DNA of 64,000 nucleotides from the human T2T-CHM13v2.0 reference genome, Homo sapiens. The DNA lies in NCBI RefSeq assembly GCF_009914755.1, contig NC_060942.1; one strand, 5' to 3'. Positions 15,714-29,122 of this stretch are shown piece by piece. The position numbers and the translations under genes were made by a program. Numbering within the stretch: position 1 is the first letter of the stretch; every line of letters starts with the position of its first letter. Below the pieces are notes generated by a model. It was given only the letters and a program-made list of their open reading frames with translations, did not search any database and had not been told where the DNA came from.

Positions 15714-15870
15714 TATCTATCTATCTATTCTATAGATAATTCTATCTATCTATTCTATAGATATCTATCTATTCTATAGATAGAATTAAAAATAAATTAA
15801 AATAAATAAAATAAATAAATAAATAAAATAAATAAATAAAATAAATAAATAAAAATAAAATAAATTAAAA
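15714..15870. repeat. (TCTA)/(TAGA) mixed repeat followed by (TAAA)n
   Basis: tctatctattctatagata x3, then aataaataaaataaataaat. Confidence 0.85.
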
Positions 15871-15889
15871 ATTCACATAGTAATAAAAA

Positions 15890-16090
15890 CAAACACCTGA
15901 GTGGAAGTACTGGGCTAAGTTCATGCCTAATTCCATTTAATCACAACTTCATGGGGTAGATATTATAATTTCCACTTTGCAGATTTCCACATCCCCATGT
16001 CTTAGGATGGTTAAATAACTTCTCCAAGGTTATAAAGCTACAAGTCAAGACAGGGAGGACCTGGGTTTTTTCTCTGCTTCTTTCTATCCT
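15890..16090 (-). mobile_element. MIR
   Basis: ccatttaatcacaacttcatggggtagatattataatttccactttgcagat...ggttaaataacttctccaaggtta. Confidence 0.7.
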
Positions 16091-17083
16091 AGACAGCAAC
16101 AATTCTTCAATGTGTGTCACGCAAAGGGGACCATAGATCGTTAAATTGTCTAACTCATTTTTCATGTTGTGTTTACATGGACTCCCTTTTTTGTTTGTTT
16201 GTTTTTGATCATGGAAGAACTTTAGTTGATTGACAGACATTAGCATTCACAGAGTATGTGATTACTTAGAATTTTTTGTGGACCATCCACCAATACTTGA
16301 TGAAATGCATTGAAGAAGTAGGAATTTACAATCTTCTTTGCAAAACAAAGATCTGGAATAGCAGAGGCTGCTCTGAGGGATGATTCTGAGTGTGTTGCTG
16401 AGACCTGGTCCTCTACATGTTTAACAACAGCATTGACCAGAATTTTAGCTCACATGGTAGGGGCATTTGACAATCTATGAACTGCAGAAGGTGAAACTGT
16501 ACCTCATATAGTAAGGAACAGTGCTAGCCCCAGGCCTTTTCTTACACCCAGGAAGAAAGCCAGTGTTTTGTTGCTCGGTCTGAATTGGTAGAATAAGTGC
16601 CTCAGTTCTCTATGTCAGTTTGCCCAAGATTTAAGTGTTTTTGTTATGAAAAGTTGTACTCACCCTGCAGAAAGTAGTGTGAGTTTCTTGGTTATCATGG
16701 GGTTGGGGTTTTTCCAGTGGTGTAAAATTCTTCCCAAGACCTGAGTGATGAACTCACTGTAGAAGTCTCCTTCTCTGTTGCAGGTTACAGCATAGCTTGT
16801 CTGTGGGAATAGATTTCTCTTTGAAAGAGAGATTTACAGAAGGTCTTGGAGAATGGGACACAAAGTTGTCTTTCACATGCCTCCAGTGAAAGAGCTGGCT
16901 CCCAAATACTTCTCCTTCACAGGATGGGGTTTTAATCTGCAGACTCAGGTCCCTCCATCCTTATCTTTCCCCTTTTTCTCTTTCAAAACACGTGTACTTT
17001 CCAGAGCTTTCTTGTGGATCTTTTTGATTAATGTCCTGTTTTCCTTTGTTGGGTTTCCCTGCTTTCCAAACAAAGCAAAATAG

Positions 17084-17444
<361 letters not shown>

Positions 17445-17877
17445 TGTTATTTTAAATCTTGAAATGTGTTCTTATTCTGGGGCTTTTCTTTGGTGTGAAA
17501 ATGGGCCTAGTAGTAATTCTGCTTAGTACTATGCATGGCATTCCTCTTCTTCAAAGCACTTCAGAAAGATTAATTAATCCTCTCGATTCCCCTTGTCCTG
17601 TGGGGACAATTCATACTTGGCCAACAATAGGAAGGAGAATGAAAATGATTCTTACTCTTTTCATAAATGGCTTCAAGCTGCAAAGTGCATTCCCAACACC
17701 AGCTAGAATATAGAATAAGCAAGAGAAGGAAAAGGAGAGATTTTGAGAGGAAAATCCTTCTGCCTCCTTCATGAACTTCTTCATCAAGGAATTTGGTGCA
17801 GGTTCTTCAGGGGATAAATTATGTGGAGCCTGCTTTGTTGAGGACGTGAGTATGAGCTTAATCCTGAGACTAGTTTT

Positions 17878-18011
17878 CTTTCTTTTTTTTAACCTTTAAG
17901 TTCAGGGGTCCATGTGCAGGTTTGTTACGTAGGTAAACTTGGGTCATGGGGATTTGTTATACAGATTATTTCATCACCACTAGGTAGTAAGCCTAGTACC
18001 AATTAGTTATT
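17878..18011 (-). mobile_element. 5'-truncated L1PA (older primate) 3' end
   Basis: ttaagttcaggggtccatgtgcaggtttgttacgtaggtaaactt...gcctagtaccaattagttatt; flanks share ctagttttc. Confidence 0.85.
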
Positions 18012-19198
18012 CTAAGCCTAGTTTTCCTTCTGATTTAAAATCATGGAATGTTAGAGGATTCAGATCTTAGAGATGCAGTAAGTCAACCCCTTGACTTTAC
18101 AGATGCAAAAACTAAGGCTGACAAAGGTAGATTATATCAAGGTCACACAGGGCTAGAGTGGTTTTTTCCTTGGCCTGCCCTTGCTGTGTCTGTTAGATGA
18201 CATGTCTGCTCATCTTGAAGGTCTTATGAGAATGGATTAGTTATATTGCTGGCCACTGCTAGGCTTAGCTGTTTGCATGGGGTTCCTGAGTAAAGGGGAG
18301 GTGACTTGCTGTAGCCATTCCCACTGGTGTGGCAAAGAAAGATAGAAGAACCATTGTTGTGTAAAAATGCTCTCTTAGTACATTTGGGGAAAATGGGATA
18401 TAGAATAATCATTCATCTTCAGAGAGAGTCAATGGTTATTTGATTTAAACAAACATTCCATTATGGTATTCACTGTAGCAAATTCTGTAATTATAAGTTT
18501 TATGGCAACTCCCATTACTAAACCATTTTCATCCCTCTCCTAGCTGTCTGAAAAACTGTAAATTTTTTGGGAATTTTTGTGGCTAGACCCTGTCTGGTAG
18601 AGAATGGATGGCTTCTGGGAGCACAAGGAAGGAAAGAAAATCTCATTAGCTGCCTCTGAGTTATTGTGGAATGGGAAGAAATGTAAGCATATTCCTTTTT
18701 CAGTTTGCAAAAGAGTTGAGTGTTTTTCTTCTCTGTATTGTAAAATTGTGAAAAAGGAGGCAGAGAGATCCAATTTTCAAAGTTGCATAGAACCACTAAG
18801 AATAGCTGAGAAAAAAGATGCTTTAATGAGTTACTTCTAAGCACACTGTGACACAGCTGCTCAGGATTTCAGCATCTACCCTGCTGATGTTTAAGTTTTG
18901 TATTTTCCTCTGCTCTGTGTTAATTATTGTGTCCTTGGAATCTTGAGCTCTTGGAATTAGATGAAGGAATTGCATTCCTAGCTTGGGGAAGAGAGGCTTG
19001 GCAGGAAACCTAGGTTGTGGTCATTTCTGTGGTGGTAGGACCTACCCTTAGGGTTAAGTGGATCAACTTGGTTTTGTACATGGTTGATGTAATGCCACAT
19101 GCCAATGTGCCTGACAAACACATTTTGAGAACACATAGTTCTGGAACAGGATTCAAGACACTCAAAAAATCTTTCCTCATCCTCTCTCGAAATGTAAC

Positions 19199-19496
19199 TT
19201 TTTTTTTTTTTTTTTTTTTTTTGAGTCGGAGTCTCGCTCTGTCACCCTGGCTGGAGTGCAGCGGCTCGATCTCGGCTCACTGCAAGCTCCGCCTCCCAGG
19301 TTCATGCCATTCTACTGCCTCAGCCTCCCGAGTAGCTGCAACTACAGGCGCTCACCACCACGCTCGGCTAATTTTTTGTATTTTTAGTAGGTTTCACCTT
19401 GTTAGCCAGGATGGTCTCGATCTCCTGACTTCGTGATCCGCCCGCCTCAGCCTCCCAAAGTGTTGGGATTACAGGCATGAGCCACCGCGCCCAGCC
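19199..19496 (-). mobile_element. AluY-like element
   Basis: Diagnostic tgcaagctccgcctcc and ttagccaggatggtctcgatctcc; TSD gaaatgtaacttt. Confidence 0.95.
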
Positions 19497-20520
19497 GAAA
19501 TGTAACTTTTATGACTCAATCATGAGCAGACTCTTCATCTTCAAGTCACTCTCTTGATTGTCTTCTCTGTGTGTTGTGTTTTTGACTCTGAGTTCCCTCA
19601 CCCTGTCATTCCTTGTATCCTAATTCTAGTCACCTTTCAAGGATTACCTCAGTTTCTTAGCTTCATCTATTCCCAACCTCCCTAAACCCCATCATCTTAG
19701 ACTATAAGTCTTCATTTTCAAAATTCAGAGAGCATTTACTTGCTGTACTATTTGATTAAGATATTTGCTTAAAATGTTTTATATGGTTTGCACATCATTT
19801 TATATGCATTGCTTGTCTCCCTATCTGGAGTGTCAGTGCTTTGGGGACAGGGACTGTCTTTTTTAATGAATCTGATTTTAGTATCTAGAGGAATTCTAGG
19901 ACATAGTGTTTGCTTATTCAACAGTTTTGAGTTGTAATACAGTATGTATGAAAATGTCTTATTTCCCTTATAAGCTCTATAAGCTCCATTAGTATTTCAT
20001 CTTTGGTGCCTTAAACTCATTTGATGCTTAATAAATATTTGTTAAGTGAATTATTTGTGATCACCTGAGCTTTTCAGGGAGGCTATTTGTCTTCAGCTTC
20101 TACCCAAATCTCCAGATGCTTCTCATCTCTTTTATAGGCATTAATGACTCTACTTCTGATGGAAGATTTTCACAGCTACCACTTATTATTTGTAGTGATT
20201 ATAGGTATAGAGGATTATTTTTGGATGCTGTTGCCTTTCCTCTAACGCCCAGGTCTTTGTAAAAATTCTTTCTATGCCAAGTGCCCATTTGTGCACTTTT
20301 TTCTTAATCTTTCCTACATACACGGACACAAATGAAAACTATAGTATTCTTGCCATGTTCTGCATGCCTCTTCTTTGTGATATGACTTCCAGAGTCCTTA
20401 AACTTTGTTCGAAAATATGTGGGGATAAAAATATTGAATGAAAGTGTTCTCAAAGCACTGACCTATATAATATGAAATAAAAATTACCACAGCCATCTCC
20501 TTGCCACCACCTCTTCTTCC

Positions 20521-20834
20521 CTAATGCTGCGGAGCCACAGCTGTCCAGCTGTCTATTTCCCCAATGCTGTGGAGCCACAGCCATCCAGCTGTCTATTTCC
20601 CTAATGCTGTGGAGCCACAGCCGTCCAGCTGTCTATTTCCCTAATGCTGTGGAGCCACAGCCGTCCAGCTGTCTATTTCCCTAATGCTGTGGAGCCACAG
20701 CCGTCCAGCTGTCTATTTCCCTAATGCTGTGGAGCCACAGCCGTCCAGCTGTCTATTTCCCTAATGCTGTGGAGCCACAGCCGTCCAGCTGTCTATTTCC
20801 CTAATGCTGCGGAGTCACAGCCGTCCAGCTGTCT
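20521..20834. repeat. 40-bp VNTR (minisatellite), ~7.9 copies
   Basis: Unit ctaatgctgtggagccacagccgtccagctgtctatttcc; units 3-7 are identical. Confidence 0.97.
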
Positions 20835-21064
20835 GGTGTTTTCAGGTGGTCCTCCTGCATTCTTCCTCTTCACCCTGTGGCATCACGGAGGCTCTGCCTA
20901 AGGGCCTGAAATCCTGGCTGCTCTGTTGACCTGGTTAACCTTTCTTAAAAATTTATTATCTTACTTTAAAAAAAGCTCACAAGTATTATTTCCTAAAGTA
21001 ATAATAGACATATTTTTTAGTTGAATTCTCTTATTGCCCTTTAACTATTCCTTCACTCATGTAA

Positions 21065-21415
<351 letters not shown>

Positions 21416-22158
21416 TAAATATCGTGAAGTATACAAATAGGAAAGGATTTTTTGTTTCTCTCTTTATTTATCAAACTTTTATTCAGGTTTGGGAGGTAGG
21501 CAGGATGGAGTAGATTGAGGCAGGAGAGGGCATCAAGAACAGGGAGGCCCATGCAGCAGAGCAGAGAGGCTGGGAGGACAGCAGGAGCTTGGGAACCCAA
21601 TGTACCTGCCTTGAACCCCAGCTCTAATGCTAGCAGCTGTGTACCCTTTCCATTTCAAAATCCTATTGTTTGACTTCTTATTATTGAATGGTAGCATTCT
21701 TTATATATTATGGCTACAAGTCCTTTGCCATATATGTAAACTGTAAATAATTTCTCCAAGCCTGTGACTTTTCTTTTTTATCAATATTATTCTGTGATTT
21801 TTAGTGGAAAACTAAAAAAAAAACCAAAAAACAAAAAATAAATAAAAGGATGTATCTTGTTCCTGCTTCCTGGAGGTTGGCCATCTAGAAGGTGGCTTGA
21901 ACAGCATTGGAGTAAAGGATCTGAGAAATAACACAGAGGCAGAGGCTGCACATCTGGAGTCTGGGGTCTTGGAGAAAAGAACTGTTTGTTATGACTGGAG
22001 TAATCCTTAAATGAAACCTTGATGGTTGAGTAGAGGAAGAAACAGGTGGAGTGGGAGTTAGGGAAGACTGTTAGAGAGAGGCCAAGGAGAGAGCAGGAAC
22101 AAAGACCAACAGTAAAAGTGCATGAATGGTTTAGGGAGAGGCAGGCTGGCAGGATGTC

Positions 22159-22191
<33 letters not shown>

Positions 22192-22192
22192 C
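22159..22192. repeat. (GT)n(GC)n, Z-DNA-prone
   Basis: gtgtgt...gtgtgcgcgcgc. Confidence 0.9.
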
Positions 22193-23259
22193 AAAACGAA
22201 ACAGAATAAATCAAAACACGGAGACACTTTTTTTCCCTAAAGTAAAGAAGCAATACTCAATCCGCTGTTTTATTTCTTGTAGCTGAAATTATTAACATGG
22301 GAATATCACTAGCATTTTTCCCATAGATGGACCGAAAATGCTGACGCCAATGCCAAGGAAAAAAGTGTCTTGAAAAAGCAGCCGTGGACGTGGAGTTACC
22401 AAATCATCCGAAGTGGCTCCTGGACCGGGTGGAGGAGCCAGGCTGCAGAAATGCAGTTCATCGCAGGAGTTTTCCTGAACAGAGAAAAGTCTCCACAGAA
22501 TAGCAAAAATAGCAAAAACTCGAAGTCAAGGGTCTTGAGGTCTAAATTTTCTGTGTGACCCCAGGGAAATCGTTTCATCTTTCTAGGTCTTCACATCCTC
22601 ACCTGAAAAATAAAGTGCTTGGCTAAGAAAGGCTTGAGGTTTTATTTGGCTCATTCTGTGGTTCTCTAGGTCAGTGTTTTTAAAGCTTCCTCACGTATCT
22701 GCTGCGTTCAGGAGCCTCAGTCCCAAAGAGTCAGTATTGGGTGGTAACTGCACTTTTCAGTGAGACTCTCATGTTCCACACTAGGCCCCCAAGGATGCTT
22801 CTGCAGGTAATCCATGCTGAGAAAATCTGCAAAGTCTTTCCAGCCTGGTCCAGTCCACACTTGTTTTGCCCTTTCCAACTCTAGACTATTGATTCCTGGA
22901 GGACGAAGAACTATTTTTAGCCTTCTTTTTCTGCACTGAGTCTCAGGCAGTGTCAGACTTACTTATTTTAGGAAATCTTTATTGAGACCTCCTGGATGCC
23001 AGGTATTGGGGTCACAAAGACAAAAGTTCCCTTAAGGATTACTGTCCAATTGGAAGGACATACATGCAAATGAATATATGCCTGGAAATTTGTTGATTGA
23101 TTAAATGGGCATTTAATATATTTTTTTCAAACCCAGAGACCTAAATATTTACTGATCTTTCCCTACCATCCCATTAAATAACAGTTCTCCAGGATCTTTG
23201 AAGGAATATAAGCTCATGGAAGGGCAGAGATCATATCAGTCATTCTCATCCTTTTATAG

Positions 23260-23440
23260 GTACTTTTGTTAAGAGTCAACTGTGGCACAGATCATTACTT
23301 TACCTAGATCTTAATCCTAACAACAATATTTTTATGGAGAAGGAAACTGAGGCTCAGTGAGGCTAAGCCATCTGGCCAAGGTCATACAATAAGAGGCAGA
23401 GCTCAGAGTGGAACCCAGTGTGATATATCAAAATACAGTC
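23260..23440 (-). mobile_element. MIR
   Basis: aggaaactgaggctcagtgaggctaagccatctggccaaggtcatac. Confidence 0.75.
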
Positions 23441-24222
23441 TACACATCTTTCTTCCAAAGCATTTTTCCTGTAGCAATTAAGTGTGCCTGTAACTTTTCA
23501 GCTAACCTCCAGAAAGTTAAGATGGCTGTGTCTTTTATAAGATGTAATTATTTGAGAAACAAGTGACTAAAACTTGCAAAATCTGCAGGGAAGAACTTCT
23601 AGGCTCTTTGGAGTTTTTTTGCCCTGCACCAACATCCTCTCAAAGGCAAGGAACAGCAATTATGATAAAAGAGACCAGAAAGTGAAAGGAATAAACAATG
23701 TAGCGATTGCTCTGGGAAAACTATAGCTCATTTTTATTTTGATAATGACCTCTAATCTTCCCAGGGGAATTTTGAGCATGTATCTTATCTTAAAACATTT
23801 TTTTGAACTTTGGCACTTTTATTGCCTTTACAAGAACAGCTATGATTAAGGGATGACTCTCTTAGTTGCAATGGATGAAACAATTAAATGTGTTTACCTG
23901 CTGACATTCCAAACCACTTCTTGATAGGAAACAAAGGTGTGAAACAGCTCTGGTGTTTATGTGAACATAATTTTTTTCTAAATATTATTTTTTTTTTGTT
24001 TTGCACCCTGCTTAGAATGTACTTTTGATTTTCTTGAGTTTAGATGAAGTTGACAATCATGATGTAAAGCCAGATCGAAATAGAATTCCTGTTGCCATTT
24101 TAAGTTTATAATGTTTAACTACCTAATAATGGCTGGAAATTAAGTCTGGAATCACACCCAAGTTATACTACATATTCAATCAGGCTGAATTTGACGTTAA
24201 TGATATGACTAGGAGGAGCTAG

Positions 24223-24643
<421 letters not shown>

Positions 24644-27107
24644 TGATCTAGAACGCTCTTGATTTTGGAATTATAATGCTTAATATTTTCCTCAATTATG
24701 ACTGCCCAGATTTAGCCAAGGGCAATTAGAAGAGGAAAGACTGACTTCATCTTGACCCCTGGGGCCAGAGCTACTATAGCAAGGCCAACTTCAACCCGTA
24801 TGGAAGATGTGGCTGCTGAGAGCTTCCTATAGAGCCCCTGACATAGGATAAAGGGAAAATATGTCTGTTTTAAATCATACTAACATTGTGATAAAGTAAT
24901 ATTATGTCCTTTGAAGGACCTAAAATAGTGCTAAATTGTATCATGACCAAGAAACATTTGTTTAGCATTTACTCTGTGCCAGGCACTAAACTAGGTATGA
25001 AGGATATAAAACTAAATAAGGTGTAATGTTTGTCTTCAAAGAGTTTCTTTATCCTGCAAGAAATTAGAGATGGCTAAATTTAAAAAAATTTTTATTAATG
25101 TATTTTTAATTTTTTTTTTAATTCATAAAATCCAGATCCTGCACAAGATAGCTGGACTTCTCTAAGGAATCAGAATTACAAGGAAAACATATTGATTTTA
25201 TCCCTTTGTTAGTGAAAATAATACATTCAGATTTGAAATGGTCAATTGTTCACAGTGATTTTTGGCTGTTATGAATAAAGCTGTTATGAACATATGTGTA
25301 AGTCATTGCATGGACATATATTTTCATTTCCCTTTGGCAAATACCTTGGAATGGGAATTGTTAGATCACGTAATATGTATATATTTACATTTATGAGAAA
25401 CTGCCAAACTTTCTGAAATGGTTGTCCTGTTTTACACTCCTGCCTGTAATGCATGAGAATTCTAGTTGATTCATATGGACACCAACACTTAGTATTATTA
25501 GTCCTTTCACTTTTAATCATTCTAGTGGATGTGCAGAGATATTTCATTGTGGTTTTAATTTGCATTTCCAGGTAACTGTTGATAATGAGCATCTTCTTAT
25601 GTGCTCATTGGTCATTCAAATAGCTTATTTTGTAAAGTGTCTTTTGCTCATTTTGAAATTGTATTGTTTGACTTATTGAGTTGTAGTGTTCTTTATATAT
25701 TTTGGATACAAGTCCTTTGCCATGTATGTAAATTGTAAATATTTTCTCCCAGCCTGTGCTTTACGTTTTCATTTTTTCAGCAGTATTTTTCAGTAAACAA
25801 GAGTTTAAAGTCCAATTTGTCTTTTTTTCTTTTTATGATTTATGCTTTTTGTGTTCTATATTAAAAATCTTGGCTTCCCTCAAGGTCATCACAAAGATTT
25901 CTCCTATTTTTTTAATAGAAGTTTTATTTTCTATGTTTAGACCTATGATATATTTTTAATCAACTTTTGCATATAGTACGAGGTAAGGGTCAAGGTTTAT
26001 TTTATCCATATGGATATCTAATTGCTTCAGCTCCAGCTATTGAAAACACTATCCTTTCTCTTCATTGAATTTCCCTGGCACCCTTGTTGAAAACCAAGTT
26101 ACCATGTATTTGTCGTTCTATTTATGGACACTTTTCTGCTCTATTGATTTGTAAATCTTCCCCACCCCCACAATACCACACTATCTTGCATACTAGGTTT
26201 ATAATAAGTTGTCATATCAGATAATGTACCTGGTCTCCTAACCTTTTTTTCCTTAAAAGTTATTTTGATATTCACGGTTTTTGCATTTGCATTTCCATTT
26301 TAGAGTATTTGCCAATTTCTATAAAATGCTGCTAGAATTTTGATTGAGATATGATTAAATCTGTAGATTAATTTGAGGAGAATTGATGTCTTAACATATG
26401 GAGTCTTCCAATCCCTATGTATGGCATGAATCTCCATTTATTTAAGTCTTTTTAGTTTCTTCCAGCAATGTTTTATTGGTTTCAGTTACACGTCTTGTAT
26501 ATATTTTGCTAAATTTATTCTTAATTTTTAAATGTTTTTGCATGATACTATATATGGTATGTTTTAAAATTTCAATTTTTAATTGGTTATTGCTAGTATA
26601 TTGAATACATTAACTTTTGTATATTGGCCTTGTATCCTGAGACTTTGCTAAGCTCACTTTTAGATCTTTTTGTAGACTTTCTAGGAATTTCTGTGTATAT
26701 GATCATGATGCTTGCAAATACTTTTAATTCATTCCTTCTAATCTGTATACGTCTTTTTCTGTTTCTTTCCTTATTGTACTGCCTAAGGTCTCCAGTATAA
26801 TGTGGGACAGAAGTGGTGAGAGTGGACATCCTTGCCTTGTTTGCTATCTTAGCAAACAAAAAGTGTTGAGCTTTTTATCACAAAATATAATGTTGGCTGT
26901 ACATTTTTTTTTGGTAGATGCCATTTGTCAAGTTGCTAATTTGCTGAGGGGGGTGTATGTGTATATGTGTGTTTTGCTGTAAATGGGTGTTGAATTTCAC
27001 CAAAGTTTTTCTGCATCTATTGAGAAGACATATTACTTTTCCCTTTTAGTCTTTTGAATATGGTGAATTTCATTGATTGATTTTTGAATTCAAATCACTA
27101 TTGTTTA

Positions 27108-27559
27108 TTTCATGTGCATACGTGTGAAAGACCACCAAACAGGCTTTGTGTGAGCAATAAAGCTTTTTAATCACCTGGGGGCAGGTGGGCTGAGTCTGAA
27201 AAGAGAGTCAGCGAAGGGAGATGGGGTGGGGCAGTTTTATAGGATTTGGGTAGGTAAAGGAAAATTACAGTCAAAGGGGTTGTTCTCTGGCGGGCAGGAG
27301 TGGGGGTCGCAAGGTGTTCAGTGGGGGAGCTTTTTGAGCCAGGATGAGCCAGGAAAAGGACTTTCACAAGGTAATGTCATCACTTAAGACAAGGACCGGC
27401 CATTTTCACTTCTTTTGTGGTGGAATGTCATCAGTTAAGGTGGGGCAGGGTATTTTTACTTCTTTTGTGATTCTTCAGTTACTTCAGGCCATCTGGTCGT
27501 ATATATACGTGCAAGTCACAGGGGATGCGATGGCTTAGCTTGGGCTCAGAGGCCTGACA
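27108..27559 (-). mobile_element. HERV-H solo LTR, LTR7-type
   Basis: Reverse complement begins TGTCAGGCCTCTGAGCCCAAGCTAAGCCATCGCATCCCC and ends GCACATGAAA; TATAAAA at 27235-27241; TSD gttta/gtttc (4 of 5). Confidence 0.95.
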
Positions 27560-27588
27560 GTTTCCATTCATAAACTCTTTTTGGCCAT

Positions 27589-28203
27589 TGTAATAGTTCA
27601 TTTTAGTGTCAACTTGATAGGCCCAAGGGATATCCAGACAGCTCTGGAAAAACATTATTTCTGGATGTGTCTGTGAGGGTATTTCAGAACAGATTAACAT
27701 TTGAATCAATGGACCAAGCAAAGAAGATCTGCCCTCACCAGTGTAGGCTGGCATCATCTAATCCATTAAGGGCCCAAATAGAACAAAAATACAGAGGAAG
27801 CACAAATTTTCTCTCTCTCCCTTTTTTTTTTTTTTTTTTTTTTTGAGCTGGGACATCCATCTTCTCCTGCCTTTAGACATCTGAGTTTCTGGTTCTTGAG
27901 CCTTTAGACTCCAGGACTTACACAGGTGGCTGCTCCCTACCCTGCCAACCCATGACCCCTCTGGCCCTGGGTTCTCAGACCTTTGGCCTTGGACTGGAAA
28001 TTACACTATTGATTTCCCTGGTTCTCAGGCCTTCAGACCCAGGCTGAGTTATACCATTGGCTTTCACGGTTCTGCAGCTTGCAGATGGTGCATCATGGGA
28101 CTTTTTGGCCACTGTAATCACATGAGCCAGTTCCCATAATAAAGCTCGTCTTATATATCTGTATATATTCTACTGGCCAGTTTCTCTGGAGATGCCTAGT
28201 ACA
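27589..28203 (+). mobile_element. MLT2 (ERVL) solo LTR
   Basis: tgtaatagttcattttagtgtcaacttg...ctagtaca; perfect 5-bp TSD GCCAT at 27584-27588 and 28204-28208. Confidence 0.92.
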
Positions 28204-28687
28204 GCCATGCTGTGTTATACTTTATGTATATATTTAATTTGCTATATTTTGTTAAAGATTTTTGTTTCTATGTTTATGAGTATATTGGTGTGCAGTTTCA
28301 TATTCCTTGTAATGTCTTTCTTTGGCTGATTTTAGTATGAAGTCAATGCAGGCTTACTCCTTGTTTTTGTTGATATCCTCAACTCAATCTGTCTGCTTGG
28401 ACACCGGCTGTATGCTTTCTCTTCTTGACCTTTGCTCATTTTAACTCTGAATTTTATCTTCCCATTTGGTCCTGTGCCTGGTACTTATTTGCTACTAGTG
28501 GGCTTCTCGTTGAACTTCTCAAGACATTTGGAATCATCACACCTTTAGGAAGAGGGTCCAGGACCTGGTTTATCATGTTTTTCTCCATCCTACATACCAA
28601 TTGGTCATAGCTTTCCAAGACCCAGAGGACAAATGTACTGGCAGATATTCTGAGAAAAAGAAATCAGATGAAAACTAATGTTCTAAG

Positions 28688-29122
28688 TTTCATGCGCATC
28701 CATGTGAAGAGACCACCAAACAGGCTTTGTGTGAGCAACATGGCTGTTTATTTCACCTGGGTGCAGGCGGGCTGAGTCCGAAAAGAGAGTCAGCAAAGGG
28801 AGATAGGGGTGGGGCCGTTTTATAGCATTTGGGAAGGTAATGGAAAATTACAGTCAAAGGGGGTTCTCTGGTGGGCAGGGGTGGATCTCACAAAGTACAT
28901 TCTCAAGGGTGGGGAGAATTACAAAGAACCTTCTTAAGGGTGGGGGAGATTACAAAGTACATTGATCAGTTAGGGTGGGGCAGAAACAAATCACAATGGT
29001 GGAATGTCATCAGTTAAGGCTGTTTTTACTTTTGTGGATCTTCAGTTACTTTAGGCCATCTGGATGTATACGTGCAAGTTACAGGGGATGCAATGGCCTG
29101 GCCTGGGCTCAGAGGCCTGACA
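28688..29122 (-). mobile_element. HERV-H solo LTR, LTR7Y-type
   Basis: Reverse complement TGTCAGGCCTCTGAGCCCAGGCCAGGCC...GCGCATGAAA with repeated CCCCACCCTT blocks; TATAAAA at 28818-28824; perfect TSD CTAAG at 28683-28687 and 29123-29127. Confidence 0.93.

Larger units (their letters stand above)
25250..28350 (-). mobile_element. Old L1M ORF2/3' region, interrupted by LTR7 and MLT2
   Basis: Track ORFs give L1 ORF2-like peptides (EMQIKTTMKY..TRMIK; SELSKVSGYKANIQK); continuous antisense L1 text. Confidence 0.85.

Noticed and set aside
20521-20834. CRISPR-like array (palindromic ~40-bp repeats)
   Set aside because: Units are contiguous with no unique spacers, there are no cas genes, and the context is primate genomic DNA; this is a VNTR
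27108-29122. Single internally deleted HERV-H provirus
   Set aside because: The LTRs differ in U3 structure, each has its own TSD, no tRNA-His PBS follows the upstream LTR, and the spacer is MLT2/L1/unique DNA
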